A stretch of DNA of 63,266 nt from an uncultured Klebsiella sp. (GTDB lineage Bacteria > Pseudomonadota > Gammaproteobacteria > Pseudomonadales > UBA5518), in the NCBI GenBank assembly GCA_964610955.1, contig CAZSYV010000004.1, positions 2,596 to 65,861 of the forward strand, given 5' to 3'. The stretch's first letter is position 1; every line of letters begins with the position of its first letter. A program made the translations under genes and the position numbers. Of this stretch, positions 17,091 through 27,407 are shown piece by piece. The notes under the pieces were generated by a model. The model saw only the letters and a program-made list of their open reading frames with translations, had not been told where the DNA came from and searched no databases.

Positions 17091-19540
17091 CCCCCGTGCA
17101 GATGTTGAGCAGAAATCCACTGGACGCGCTCGTCGATGCGGCACACTCCAGTGCCGGCCTTTCCGATGAGCAGGCACTGGCACTGGCCGGTATCGGCGAT
17201 ACGGCGGAACTGATGCGTGCTGCAGCGCAGATGCGCGACGCGACGCACGGCAAACTGATCACCTATTCACGCAAGGTCTTCCTTCCGCTCACGCAGCTGT
17301 GCCGCGATGTGTGTCACTACTGCACCTTTGCACAGACGCCGAAGAAGATCGATGTGCCATACATGAGTCTCGAGCGCGTGCTCGAAATCGCACGGGCGGC
17401 TGCTGACCTCGGCTGCAAGGAGGCACTGTTCACGCTCGGCGAGAAACCCGAGCTGCGCTACCGCGTCGCGCGCGAGGCGCTTGCGGCGATGGGCTTCGAG
17501 ACCACGCTCGAATACCTGGCGCACGTCGCTCGTGCGGTACGTGACGAAACCGGCCTGCTGCCGCACATCAATGCGGGAAACATGACCGCGGCTGAAATCG
17601 CCATGCTGCGTCCTTTCGCACCATCGATGGGCATCATGCTGGAATCGTCGTCGGAGCGTCTCTGTGCCAAGGGCATGCCGCACTACGGTTCACCCGACAA
17701 GGCTCCCGCAGTGCGTCTGCAGACGATGCGTCTTGCAGGCGAGGCGAGGGTGCCGTTCACTTCCGGGATACTGATCGGCATCGGCGAGACACGCGCCGAA
17801 CGTATCGAGTCGCTGCTCGCGCTGCGTGCGATCCACCGTGAGCATGGCAACCTGCAGGAAGTCATCGTGCAGAACTTCCGCGCAAAGCCGGGCACCCTGA
17901 TGGCGGATGCACCCGAGCCGGCCCTCGACGATCTGCTGTGGAGCATTGCGGTTGCGCGCCTCGTGCTTGGTCCGCAGATGAGCGTGCAGGCTCCGCCGAA
18001 CCTCAGCCCCGGCGTGCTGCCGCGCCTGGTGGATGCCGGGATCAACGACTGGGGCGGGGTGTCACCGGTCACGCCGGATTTCGTCAACCCGGAAGCGCCG
18101 TGGCCGCACCTGGATCTTCTTCGTGAGGAAAGCGCACGCAGTGGCAGATTCCTGCAGGAGCGTCTGACGATCTACCCACAGTACATCCTCGACTGCGAGC
18201 GCTGGGTGGATCCGGCGCTGCAGCCGCTGCTGCGCGCGGCAAGCGATGCCGAAGGCTACCCACGTGTCGATGGCTGGCTGACCGGCGCACCGACACAGTT
18301 GCCGCCGATCGAAAGCGGTCTGCTGGCCGGTACGCTTGCTGCAGGCGATGGCAGCACTCGTGTCGAGGCAGTGCTGGCGCGTGCACGGCGGGGCGAGGAT
18401 CTCGCTCTCGATGAGGTGGTGACGCTGCTCGCGGCGCGCGGCAGGGATTTCGTGCGCGTGTGCGAACTCGCCGACGAGCTCAACCGCAGCCTGCATGGCG
18501 AGCGTGTGAGCTACATCGTCAACCGCAACATCAACTACACGAACGTCTGCTACTTCAAGTGTCAGTTCTGTGCCTTCTCCAAGGGCAAGGCCCATGAGGC
18601 GCTGCGTGGCACACCCTACGACCTCGATGATCAGGAGCTGGCGCGACGGGTCGAGGAGGCATGGGAACGCGGGGCCACGGAAGTGTGCCTGCAGGGTGGC
18701 ATCCATCCGGCCTACACCGGACAGAAGTACCTGGACATCTGCCACATCGTCAAGCGCGTGGCACCGCAGATGCACATCCACGCCTTTTCGCCCCTCGAGA
18801 TCTGGCAGGGGGCAAAGACGCTCGGGGTGTCGCTGGGCGAGTTTCTCACCCGGCTGCAGGAAGCCGGCCTGGCGACCCTGCCGGGGACAGCGGCAGAGAT
18901 CCTGCACGATGAAGTGCGTGCAACGCTGTGTCCCGACAAGATTCGCAGTGCGGAATGGGCCGAGGTGATGACGGTTGCGCACGGGCTGGGCATCCGCAGC
19001 ACGGCGACCATGATGTACGGCCATATCGAGCGCCTCGAACACCAGGCGCACCATCTGCTGCTGATCCGTGAGCTGCAGCGTCGCCATGGTGGCTTCACCG
19101 AGTTCGTGCCGCTGCCTTTCGTCGCCGGCGAGGCGCCGATGTTCCTGCGCGGGCGCGCGCGGCGCGGACCGACGTTCCGTGAGGCGGTACTGGTGCATGC
19201 GGTTGCACGCATCGCACTGTTCCCTCTGGTTCCGAACATTCAGGCATCGTGGGTCAAGATGGGGCCAGAGGGTGTCGCTGCCTGCCTGCACGCTGGCGCG
19301 AACGACGTCGGCGGCACGCTGATGAACGAGTCGATCACCCGTGCGGCCGGGGCGGCGCATGGACAGGAATTTCCCCCAGCGGAACTCGAGGCACTGATTC
19401 GTGCTGCCGGACGTGAGCCGTGGCAGCGCACCACGCTCTATGGCGAGGCGCCGCCTGAACGTCGGCTTGCCTCGTACGATGCGGCCCCCCTTGCCGAGTA
19501 CGTCAACACGCCGATACGGCGTGGCGCGGCACATGGGTGA
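17087..19540 (+). CDS. fbiC: FO synthase, fused CofG-CofH (FbiC)
   Basis: Two radical-SAM CxxxCxxC motifs (CRDVCHYC; CYFKCQFC), 'YSRKVF.PLT', 'GINDWGGVSPVT', 'NRNINYTNVC', 'GANDVGGTLMNESITRAAGA'. Confidence 0.96.
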   Translation: MTPVQMLSRNPLDALVDAAHSSAGLSDEQALALAGIGDTAELMRAAAQMRDATHGKLITYSRKVFLPLTQLCRDVCHYCTFAQTPKKIDVPYMSLERVLEIARAAADLGCKEALFTLGEKPELRYRVAREALAAMGFETTLEYLAHVARAVRDETGLLPHINAGNMTAAEIAMLRPFAPSMGIMLESSSERLCAKGMPHYGSPDKAPAVRLQTMRLAGEARVPFTSGILIGIGETRAERIESLLALRAIHREHGNLQEVIVQNFRAKPGTLMADAPEPALDDLLWSIAVARLVLGPQMSVQAPPNLSPGVLPRLVDAGINDWGGVSPVTPDFVNPEAPWPHLDLLREESARSGRFLQERLTIYPQYILDCERWVDPALQPLLRAASDAEGYPRVDGWLTGAPTQLPPIESGLLAGTLAAGDGSTRVEAVLARARRGEDLALDEVVTLLAARGRDFVRVCELADELNRSLHGERVSYIVNRNINYTNVCYFKCQFCAFSKGKAHEALRGTPYDLDDQELARRVEEAWERGATEVCLQGGIHPAYTGQKYLDICHIVKRVAPQMHIHAFSPLEIWQGAKTLGVSLGEFLTRLQEAGLATLPGTAAEILHDEVRATLCPDKIRSAEWAEVMTVAHGLGIRSTATMMYGHIERLEHQAHHLLLIRELQRRHGGFTEFVPLPFVAGEAPMFLRGRARRGPTFREAVLVHAVARIALFPLVPNIQASWVKMGPEGVAACLHAGANDVGGTLMNESITRAAGAAHGQEFPPAELEALIRAAGREPWQRTTLYGEAPPERRLASYDAAPLAEYVNTPIRRGAAHG

Positions 19541-19555
19541 GGGCGGTGTGATCAG

Positions 19556-20287
19556 GTGAGCGAATTGGTCGGGCAGGCCGCGGGTTCCGACAGGCCCGGC
19601 AATGGCAAGTCGCGCATCGATCTCGAGGCTTCGTGGCTTGCCGCACTTGGTGCCGAATTCGAACAGCCGTACATGCGGGCACTGCGCGCGTTCCTGGTGG
19701 ATGAAGGACAGGCCGGCAAGACAATCTACCCAACTGCTGGCAACTGGTTTGCGGCGTTTCGTCATGCGCCGTTGCCGGCCGTGCGGGTGGTCGTGCTGGG
19801 TCAGGATCCCTATCACGGCCCGGGGCAGGCGCACGGGCTGTGCTTTTCCGTGCCGCGTGGTGTGGCGATACCTCCGTCGCTGCAGAACATCTTTACTGAG
19901 CTGCACCGGGATCTGGGTATCGCAATCCCGTCACACGGCTGTCTGGAACATTGGGCGCGCCAGGGTGTGCTGTTGCTGAACAGCGTGCTGACCGTCGAGC
20001 GCGGCAGGGCAGGTTCCCATCAGGGGCGTGGCTGGGAGACGTTCACGGACCGCGTGGTGGGCGTGCTGAACGGGCAGTGTCAGCATCTGGTATTCCTGCT
20101 TTGGGGCAGCTATGCGCAGCGCAAGGGCCGGATCATCGATCGTGCCCGCCACCTGGTGCTGTCGTCGCCGCACCCGTCGCCGCTGTCGGCCTACCGTGGC
20201 TTCATCGGCAACGGGCATTTTTCAGCTGTGAATGCCTATCTCGACCAGCACGGCCAGGCACCGATCGACTGGCGTCTTCCCGCCTAG
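19556..20287 (+). CDS. ung: Uracil-DNA glycosylase (family 1)
   Basis: '[18 protein letters not shown]', 'QGVLLLN', 'HPSPLSA'. Confidence 0.97.
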   Translation: MSELVGQAAGSDRPGNGKSRIDLEASWLAALGAEFEQPYMRALRAFLVDEGQAGKTIYPTAGNWFAAFRHAPLPAVRVVVLGQDPYHGPGQAHGLCFSVPRGVAIPPSLQNIFTELHRDLGIAIPSHGCLEHWARQGVLLLNSVLTVERGRAGSHQGRGWETFTDRVVGVLNGQCQHLVFLLWGSYAQRKGRIIDRARHLVLSSPHPSPLSAYRGFIGNGHFSAVNAYLDQHGQAPIDWRLPA

Positions 20288-20342
20288 CTCTTCGCTCCGC
20301 AAAAGTGCCGTGCATCAGTGACCGGAATGCGTCGGATCGGAT

Positions 20343-21179
20343 CTACTGCAACGAGGCGATGCTTTCGCGCAGGGCTTCGCTGAGATCCTCCACTTCCATC
20401 GCATTGAACTCGGGTGCGAGCCCAAGGCGTGCGAACGCGCCGACTCCCTGCCAGTCCATCCGTGCCAGCGGGTGCTCGGTGCCAATCAGGCTCTGCAGGT
20501 TGGCAACCATGACTACGTCGGCATAATCGACCGAGGGCGGGGTGCGGTCGAAATTCAGGTAGTCGACTGGCACGCACGAGAGCTCCGGAGCGAATCCCCA
20601 GGTGTCGAGGATCAGCTGTCCCAGCTCACCGTGCAGCTCGGCGATGGACCGGTCGAGCAGCTGTGGGTCCTTCAGCATGCGCTGCTGCTCTTCTGCAAAG
20701 CGCAGCACCGGCAGTGCACCGATCTGGTGGACCAGCCCGGCGAGAGTCGCCTGATCGGGCTTCAGCCGGGTGTAGCTGCGCGCCAGCACGGCGCTGATGC
20801 CCGCAACCTCGGTGCTGTGGGCCCAGATGCTGCGCAGCCGTTCGTCGATCAGCCGCGATGTTGCCTGGAACATCTGCTCCATCGCCAGGCCAATCGCGAG
20901 GTTGCAGGTGTACTGCATGCCGAGTCGACCGATGGCCATCTTCAGATCGAGAATCGGGGCGGCGGCGCGCAGCAGGGGACTGTTGGCCACGCGGATGATT
21001 CGAGCCGACAGTGCAGCATCACCAGTGATCACACGGGTGATGCCCGTCACATCGGTGCGCGGGTCTTCGGCAGCATCGCGCACCTTCAGTGCGGCTTCGG
21101 GAAGCGTCGGCAGCACCATGCGGTTGCTGTGGATCGCATCGATGATCTGCTCGCGGACGTCCGCGACGATCTGGTCCAT
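20343..21179 (-). CDS. Stand-alone HDOD-domain protein
   Basis: 'LPTLPE.AL', 'D.ALSARIIRVANSP', 'W.HS.EVA', 'LAGLVHQIG'; the same position next to ygfZ is recalled from Pseudomonas. Confidence 0.9.
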   Translation of the reverse strand: MDQIVADVREQIIDAIHSNRMVLPTLPEAALKVRDAAEDPRTDVTGITRVITGDAALSARIIRVANSPLLRAAAPILDLKMAIGRLGMQYTCNLAIGLAMEQMFQATSRLIDERLRSIWAHSTEVAGISAVLARSYTRLKPDQATLAGLVHQIGALPVLRFAEEQQRMLKDPQLLDRSIAELHGELGQLILDTWGFAPELSCVPVDYLNFDRTPPSVDYADVVMVANLQSLIGTEHPLARMDWQGVGAFARLGLAPEFNAMEVEDLSEALRESIASLQ

Positions 21180-21209
21180 TGACTGCTCCCCGGACGGCTG
21201 TCGACAAAT

Positions 21210-22160
21210 TCACTCGAGGATAGCACAGGGGGCGGCGAGCACCTCGAATACACTGCCATCGGCACTGCGCAGCTCTCTTGCAGCCAGTGGCTCGGTGTCC
21301 TCGGACAGCACGGCGAGCACTTCGACGCGCCCTTCATCGCTGGCACTTGCCACCACGCTCCCAGCGGCGCGCGCGGCATCGCTGCCATATAGCACCTCGC
21401 CCGGTGCAGGGCAGTTCGTCGTGGTTGCACCAAGGTGGTACAGGCGGCGCTTGAGCGCACCCTTGTAATGCGCACGCGCCACGATCTCCTGCCCGGTATA
21501 GCAGCCCTTGCGGAAACTCACCGCCTCGCTGCGGTCGTACTCGAGCATCTGTGGCAGGAATTCGTCGCAGATCGCTGGCACGATGTCGACCTTGCGCTCC
21601 CTGATCAGGGCAAGCCGCCAGCTCATGGGCGGGATTATCGGGCAGTGTGCCGCCAGTGCCTCGCGCAGCCGTGGTGCAGACTCGGGCGGTGACCAGATTT
21701 CATGGCGCTGTCCTGCGTCGTCACACTGCAGCACGAGGTGTTCACCGACCGGGACGATCTGCAATCGATGCTGTGGCCAGTTGCCCAGCATCGTTCCTGC
21801 CGTTTCCGCCAACTTGCTGCCAAGCAGGCCGGTGCACACGAGCGCCTTGCGGGTGAGGCTGACACGCGACAGCGCGGCGTAGCGGGCCAGCACGGTGGCC
21901 GTCGGCTCGACGACGCTCGCGTGCATGCGCAGCAGCACGCGTCCGGAGTCGGCAGCCCAGAGCAGGAAGTTGCTGATCACTCGACCCTTGGGCGTGCAGT
22001 AGGCGCCCTCGATCAGGCGATCGGCGCTGGCGCGCTTCACATCGCAGGTGAGCTGCCCCTGCAACAGAGTCAATACCCGTGTGCCTTCGAGTTCAAGGAA
22101 CGCGTAATCGTCGAGCGCCACCATCGAAGCGGCTGCAGCGATCGGTAGCGCAGCACTCAT
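21210..22160 (-). CDS. ygfZ: Folate-binding Fe-S/tRNA-modification protein YgfZ
   Basis: 'KGCYTGQEIVAR' signature and 'LQGQLTCDV'. The 789-aa ORF call over-extends the start. Confidence 0.93.
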   Translation of the reverse strand: MSAALPIAAAASMVALDDYAFLELEGTRVLTLLQGQLTCDVKRASADRLIEGAYCTPKGRVISNFLLWAADSGRVLLRMHASVVEPTATVLARYAALSRVSLTRKALVCTGLLGSKLAETAGTMLGNWPQHRLQIVPVGEHLVLQCDDAGQRHEIWSPPESAPRLREALAAHCPIIPPMSWRLALIRERKVDIVPAICDEFLPQMLEYDRSEAVSFRKGCYTGQEIVARAHYKGALKRRLYHLGATTTNCPAPGEVLYGSDAARAAGSVVASASDEGRVEVLAVLSEDTEPLAARELRSADGSVFEVLAAPCAILE

Positions 22161-22237
22161 CGCGGAATCACCTTCATGGCTGACATGCGCCGCATAATAG
22201 CGCACACTCGCGGCCCACGATGGAATCCGGGAAGCCG

Positions 22238-22516
22238 ATGGAACAGGATGCCGAGAACCGCCGGGTCTACTGGCACAGCCGGCGTGGGATGCTCGAGCTC
22301 GATCTGATGCTGATGCCGTTCGCCGAGACGGTGTACCCGACACTCGACGCACCGATGCAGGCGCTGTATCGCGAGCTGCTTGGATGCGAGGATGCGGACC
22401 TGTTTGCCTGGCTGGTGCACCGTGCGCCACCGCAGGATCCGCGCTACATACCGCTGATCGACAGGATCCTCGGCAATGGAATGCCCCGAGATTCGCATTT
22501 CGCTCCAGCCATCTAG
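22238..22516 (+). CDS. sdhE: Succinate dehydrogenase assembly factor SdhE (YgfY)
   Basis: 'W.SRRGMLELD..L..F', 'LL.CEDADLFAW'. Confidence 0.93.
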   Translation: MEQDAENRRVYWHSRRGMLELDLMLMPFAETVYPTLDAPMQALYRELLGCEDADLFAWLVHRAPPQDPRYIPLIDRILGNGMPRDSHFAPAI

Positions 22517-22946
22517 GAGTCTTGCGGGCGTTTTGTGCGCGTTGTATCTGCTGGCAATCGTGTCGGTGGTGAACTCCACGCTGCCCGCGGCGGCCACGTG
22601 GACCGTCGTTGCCCTGCTGGTGCTCGACCTGGCCAGAAATCTGTGGGTGCACGTGCTGGCGAGGCGCGAACGCAGCTGTCTGCTCCGTGCGCGCGATGGT
22701 GACTGGTGGCACGAGCGTCGCGATGTGTGTCAGCCGGTCGTGGTCGATGGTGCCAGTGTCCTGATCGGTCCCGTCGTGGTGCTGGTCCTGCGTGGCCCGG
22801 GTCGCAGGCGAACCCACCTGCTGACACGCGATACGTTCACCGCGACCGACTGGCGGCGCCTGCGGGTTGCCTTGCGCCTCGGCGCGGACAAGTCTCAACC
22901 AGGCGTGAGGATCGTGTCCTCGGCTTCCGGCGCCAGATCGGGGTAG
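22476..22946 (+). CDS. ygfX: YgfX-family membrane protein
   Basis: Overlaps the sdhE 3' end; two TM segments; C-terminal 'D...[10 protein letters not shown]'. Confidence 0.75.
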   Translation: MECPEIRISLQPSRSLAGVLCALYLLAIVSVVNSTLPAAATWTVVALLVLDLARNLWVHVLARRERSCLLRARDGDWWHERRDVCQPVVVDGASVLIGPVVVLVLRGPGRRRTHLLTRDTFTATDWRRLRVALRLGADKSQPGVRIVSSASGARSG

Positions 22947-24472
22947 TCGAGCGTGTAGTGCAGGCCACGGCTTTCGTGGCGTGTCAGTGCGCTGCGGATG
23001 ATCAGTTCCGCCACCAGGGCCAGGTTGCGCAGTTCGATGAGATCCGATGAGACGCGGTAGTTGCGGTAGTACTCGGCGATTTCCTGCTTGAGCAGATGGG
23101 CCCGGTTCAGCGCTCGCTGCAGCCGCTTCGTGGTGCGTACGATACCGACGTAATCCCACATGAAGCGCCGCAACTCGTCCCAGTTGTGCGAAATCACCAC
23201 GTCCTCGTCGGAATCGCGGACCTGCGATGCGTCCCAGTCGGGCGTGTCCTCGACGATCGCAGTGCCGATGTTCCTCGCAAGGATGTGCCGAGCCGCCGCA
23301 CGTGCGAAGACGAAGCACTCGAGCAGCGAGTTGCTGGCCATGCGGTTGGCACCGTGCAGGCCGGTGAATGCCGTTTCTCCGACGGCATAGAGTCCCGGCA
23401 CATCGGTGCAGCCATCGAGATCGATCACGACGCCGCCGCAGGTGTAATGCGCAGCCGGAACCACTGGCAGCGGCTCGTGGGCCATGTCGAGTCCAAGTTC
23501 CAGGCAGCGGCTGTAGATGGTCGGGAAGTGCCGGCGGACGAACTCCTCGCCCTTGTGGCTGATGTCGAGATAAACGCAATCGATGCCGAGCCGCTTCATT
23601 TCATGGTCGATCGCACGCGCGACGATATCGCGTGGTGCCAGGTCGGCCTGCGGGTGAAAGCGTGGCATGAAGCGTTCGCCGTCGGGAAGCAGGAGCACTC
23701 CGCCCTCGCCACGTACTGCTTCCGATACCAGGAAGGACTTGGCATTCGGGTGATACAGGCAGGTCGGATGGAACTGGTTGAATTCGAGGTTGCCGACCCG
23801 GCAACCCGCACGCCACGCCATGGCGATGCCATCACCGGTCGCGGTGTCGGGGTTCGTGGCATAGAGATACGCCTTGCTCGCGCCACCGGTGGCCAGCACC
23901 ACGCAGCGTGCGCTGAACAGATCGACCGAAGCGTGCTCCTTGTCCAGCACGTAAGCGCCGCGGCAGCGCCGGCCGGTGACGATCAGGTTGACGGCGATGT
24001 GCTGCTCGAAGATCTCGATGTTCGGATGCTGGAGCGCCTTCTCGATGAGTGTGCTGGCCACTGCGCGGCCGGTCGCATCGGCTGCATGGATGATGCGCCG
24101 GTGGCTGTGCCCGCCCTCCATCGTCAGGTGGAACTCGCCCTGGCCCTGTGGATTGACCAGGCGTGTGAAGCTGACACCGAGGTCGATCAGCCACTGGATG
24201 CTCTCGCGGCTGTGCTCGACGGTGTAGCGCACCACATCCTCGCGGCACAGACCCGCCCCGGCGCGCAGCGTGTCGGCGACGTGCGAGTCGATGCTGTCCG
24301 TGTCATCGAGCACGGCCGCGATGCCACCCTGTGCCCATGAGGTCGAACCATCGCCCAGCGCACCCTTGCAGAGCACTGCCACGCGTGCGCGGTCTGCCAC
24401 CTGCAGGGCGACGCTGAGGCCGGCCGCACCACTGCCTATCACGAGCACGTCATGAACATGGCGTTTTGGCAT
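22895..24472 (-). CDS. nadB: L-aspartate oxidase
   Basis: 'IGSGAAGL', 'WAQGGIA', '[16 protein letters not shown]', 'QFHPT', 'HYTCGG', '[15 protein letters not shown]'; divergent from rpoE. Confidence 0.97.
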   Translation of the reverse strand: MPKRHVHDVLVIGSGAAGLSVALQVADRARVAVLCKGALGDGSTSWAQGGIAAVLDDTDSIDSHVADTLRAGAGLCREDVVRYTVEHSRESIQWLIDLGVSFTRLVNPQGQGEFHLTMEGGHSHRRIIHAADATGRAVASTLIEKALQHPNIEIFEQHIAVNLIVTGRRCRGAYVLDKEHASVDLFSARCVVLATGGASKAYLYATNPDTATGDGIAMAWRAGCRVGNLEFNQFHPTCLYHPNAKSFLVSEAVRGEGGVLLLPDGERFMPRFHPQADLAPRDIVARAIDHEMKRLGIDCVYLDISHKGEEFVRRHFPTIYSRCLELGLDMAHEPLPVVPAAHYTCGGVVIDLDGCTDVPGLYAVGETAFTGLHGANRMASNSLLECFVFARAAARHILARNIGTAIVEDTPDWDASQVRDSDEDVVISHNWDELRRFMWDYVGIVRTTKRLQRALNRAHLLKQEIAEYYRNYRVSSDLIELRNLALVAELIIRSALTRHESRGLHYTLDYPDLAPEAEDTILTPG

Positions 24473-24693
24473 GCGGTCGATCCGGAGTGAAGAGCGGGCA
24501 GGAATATAGCACAGCGGTCATTTTTCGATGGTGGCAGCTTTGTCTGTTTCCGCGCCAGCTCGTATAGTAGCGCGCCGATGCCACGGGCTGCCCTGCCGGC
24601 AGGATCCCCCCGGTTGCAGGGCGCGCGGATCGTACAGCCGGAGGATCCGGATGCGGGTGATGGAACCGAGCAACGAGTGATTGGAGTCCCGTG

Positions 24694-25278
24694 ATGCCGA
24701 CCGGCGAGGAGGCAGACCAGCAGCTGGTAGAGCGTGTACAGAAGGGCGATCGGCGCGCCTTCGACGTACTGGTGCTGAAATACCAGCACCGCATCTACTC
24801 GCTGGTGACCCGCTTCATGCGGGATCCGGACGACGTGCAGGATGTGGTGCAGGAAGCCTTCATCAAGGCGTACCGGGCACTGCCGGGGTTTCGTGGCGAG
24901 AGTGCCTTCTATACATGGCTCTACCGGATTGCGATAAACACGGCAAAGAACCACCTGGCGGCGCGAGCGCGTCGCCCGCGGGGAATCGATGTCGACGCCG
25001 AGGACGCCGAGCACATCATCAATGCAACGGTGCTGCGCGATCTGGCCGGTCCGGAGAGCCTGCTGATGACCGAGCAGCTGCGTGCAGTGATCGAGCAGGC
25101 GATCGCTGCACTGCCCGAGGATTTGCGCACGGCGCTGACCCTGCGCGAGTTCGATGGGCTCAGTTACGAGGAGATCGCCGAGGCGATGCAGTGCCCGGTC
25201 GGGACCGTGCGTTCGCGGATCTTTCGCGCGCGCGAGGCCATAGACCGTGAAATTCTCCCGTTGGTCGACGGGAACTAA
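24694..25278 (+). CDS. rpoE: ECF sigma factor RpoE/AlgU
   Basis: 'DQQLVERVQKGD..AFD.LV.KYQ', 'SAFYTWLYRIA.NTAKN', 'CPVGTVRSRIFRAREAID'. Confidence 0.97.
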   Translation: MPTGEEADQQLVERVQKGDRRAFDVLVLKYQHRIYSLVTRFMRDPDDVQDVVQEAFIKAYRALPGFRGESAFYTWLYRIAINTAKNHLAARARRPRGIDVDAEDAEHIINATVLRDLAGPESLLMTEQLRAVIEQAIAALPEDLRTALTLREFDGLSYEEIAEAMQCPVGTVRSRIFRAREAIDREILPLVDGN

Positions 25279-25331
25279 TCGGCGCGCAGGGAATCCGAGA
25301 GGGTGCGATTGCGGCTAGAGGAGGGTGGAGC

Positions 25332-25958
25332 TTGGGCCAGACGAATGTGCCACTGGGCGAAATGATCTCCGCCGTCATCGACGGTGAATCCAGCGAATTC
25401 GAAATGCGCCGGGTACTCGACAGTTGTGACGATGTACCGGTGCGAGCACTGATTGCGCGTCAGTTTGCGGTGCGCTCGGTGTTGCGCGGTGAAGCAACGG
25501 CGCTTTGTCCAGCACGAACGAGCGCGGCAATCTTTGCTGCCCTGGATGCCGAGGCGTCGTTCGAGCCTGTACATGCGCCGAAGCGCTGGCGTGTCCCGTT
25601 CGGCGGGATCGCGGTGGCCGCATCGGTGTGCATGCTTGCCGTATTCAGTCTGCGGACGCTGGCGCCGGCAACGACGGACACCGTGGGGGTACCGGCACTC
25701 GCCGCTTCGGGTGCGCAGCCGCTTGCCCCGCTGGGACCATCGGCCATGGTGGTGGGTGTCGTGCCAGCGGCAGCGGTTCCGGTCGGTTTCGATGCGACGC
25801 AGCGCATCACGCACGAGGCAGTGCTGGCAGCCGATGCCAATCGGCTGGCCGAGGATCGTCTGCACCTTTTCATGGGTGAGCATGTGCGCAATGCCGCATT
25901 CAATGTCAACCAGGGCATGCTGCCCTATGCGCGTGTCGTCAGTGATGAGTCGCGCTGA
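25332..25958 (+). CDS. rseA: Anti-sigma-E factor RseA/MucA
   Basis: 'E.ISA.IDGE', central TM 'GGIAVAASV', 'RL..FM..H'; follows rpoE. TTG start is uncertain. Confidence 0.85.
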   Translation: MGQTNVPLGEMISAVIDGESSEFEMRRVLDSCDDVPVRALIARQFAVRSVLRGEATALCPARTSAAIFAALDAEASFEPVHAPKRWRVPFGGIAVAASVCMLAVFSLRTLAPATTDTVGVPALAASGAQPLAPLGPSAMVVGVVPAAAVPVGFDATQRITHEAVLAADANRLAEDRLHLFMGEHVRNAAFNVNQGMLPYARVVSDESR

Positions 25959-25964
25959 GAGTCG

Positions 25965-26918
25965 ATGATCCTGTCGATGCGCCACAGCCTTCGGGTACTG
26001 TTTTCCCTGCTGGTGTCGACGGCAGTGATGGCCGGTGAGGCGCCACAGGCCCGTCTCGATGCGATGTCACGCGGATTCCGCACGCTCGACTACTACGGCG
26101 TATTTACCTACGAGCAGGGCCAGACACTGAGCTCGCACCGCATCGCGCACAAGGTCGTCGGTGGTGTCGAGCAGGAACGCGTGGTGCACCTCGATGGCGA
26201 CATGCGTGAATTTCACCGTGCCGGGCACACGAGTGACTGCGAGCATGCGGGGGATCGCCTGCTGCGCCTCGATCCCGTGAGACGCCTTGCGCGTGACGCG
26301 GGCACTGGATTCGCCGAAGGCATAGGGGCGTACTACGCCATCGAAAACGAAGGTCCGGAACGGGTGGCGAGCCGCATGGGGCAGAGACTGCGCATCATGC
26401 CGCGGGATCCCTACCGCTACGGCATGATCATGGTGCTCGATGACGAGAGCGCGTTGTTGCTGAAATCAGAGACGGTGGATGGCATCGGGCGGGTGCTGGA
26501 GCGATTCCAGTTCGTCGAGCTGCATGTCGGTGAAGCGGGGTCTGACGGTGATGTCGGTGCCGCTCGCATCGAGGAGGCGCACCTGGATGAACCGGCCTCT
26601 GCAGAGGCGCCCACCTTCGACTGGACCGTGTCGTGGTTGCCGGGCGGGTTCGTGCGCAGTGCCGAAGTGAGGCATCAACCTCCGATGGCGGCAGGGCCGG
26701 TCGAGATTCGCACCTACACCGATGGGTTGGCCGTGTTCTCGATCTTCGTCGAGAACTCGGTCAAGGATCCGAGCGGACCGGGCGTCGCCTCGCGTGGTGC
26801 AACGGTTTCGTACGTCGTGCCACGCGGGCGGGGGCACCTGGTCACCGTGGTTGGCGAGATTCCGGTCCAGACCGCCCAGCTGATTGCGAACGCAGTCAAT
26901 TTTCCGGATGAAAACTGA
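25965..26918 (+). CDS. rseB: RseB/MucB periplasmic regulator
   Basis: Signal peptide; 'LDY.GVF.Y', 'PRD.YRYG', 'LLLKSE', 'YTDGLA.FSIF', 'VTVVGEIP'. Confidence 0.92.
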   Translation: MILSMRHSLRVLFSLLVSTAVMAGEAPQARLDAMSRGFRTLDYYGVFTYEQGQTLSSHRIAHKVVGGVEQERVVHLDGDMREFHRAGHTSDCEHAGDRLLRLDPVRRLARDAGTGFAEGIGAYYAIENEGPERVASRMGQRLRIMPRDPYRYGMIMVLDDESALLLKSETVDGIGRVLERFQFVELHVGEAGSDGDVGAARIEEAHLDEPASAEAPTFDWTVSWLPGGFVRSAEVRHQPPMAAGPVEIRTYTDGLAVFSIFVENSVKDPSGPGVASRGATVSYVVPRGRGHLVTVVGEIPVQTAQLIANAVNFPDEN

Positions 26919-27376
26919 TGTTGACCGAGTGCGCCAGGGTCGTGCGTGTGGCCGGTGATGCCTGCTGGGTCGAGGCTCCTGGGGCAGCGGACTGCACCGC
27001 CTGTGCGAGTGGCAGGGGCTGCGGCGGCGGAACGATGAGTCGAATCTTCGGCGATCGCCGTGTCCCGCTGCGCGTCCGCCTGCCAGTGGATCTGGCACCG
27101 GTAGTCAGTGACATGGTCGAAATCGGCATGCCGGCCGGCGGTGTTGCCGGTGCTTCGCTGCTGGCGTACCTACCGCTGCTCGGCGGCCTGGTCCTTGGTG
27201 CCGTGCTTGGCAGTGCGCTTGGCGGTGGCGATGCAGGGGATGGTGCTGCGATCCTGGGTGGCGGCGGCGGTCTGTTGCTGGCCCTTGGCGTGCTGCGTGC
27301 ACTGGATGCCCCGGCACGACGCTTCCTTGGTGAGCCAACCGTGCTGCGGATCGTGCCAGCACAGGCTGACGTGTAG
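26918..27376 (+). CDS. rseC: RseC/MucC (SoxR-reducing system) family
   Basis: 'C..CAS..GCG', 'LAYL.PL.GL..GA'; start overlaps the rseB stop. Confidence 0.9.
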   Translation: MLTECARVVRVAGDACWVEAPGAADCTACASGRGCGGGTMSRIFGDRRVPLRVRLPVDLAPVVSDMVEIGMPAGGVAGASLLAYLPLLGGLVLGAVLGSALGGGDAGDGAAILGGGGGLLLALGVLRALDAPARRFLGEPTVLRIVPAQADV

Positions 27377-27407
27377 AGTCTGTCTCATGACCTCAAATGG
27401 AGATTCC

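Noticed and set aside
22238-22946. sdhE-ygfX as a CptAB toxin-antitoxin pair
   Set aside because: SdhE is an established flavinylation factor and the pair is conserved housekeeping synteny; nothing here supports a TA role.
21210-23579. 789-aa minus-strand ORF
   Set aside because: Only the last 316 aa are YgfZ. The extension runs antisense to sdhE/ygfX and out of frame over nadB, a GC-rich open-frame artefact.
24473-24693. Sigma-E autoregulatory promoter upstream of rpoE
   Set aside because: Expected from family knowledge, but I could not find a convincing GAACTT-N16/17-TCnnA match.
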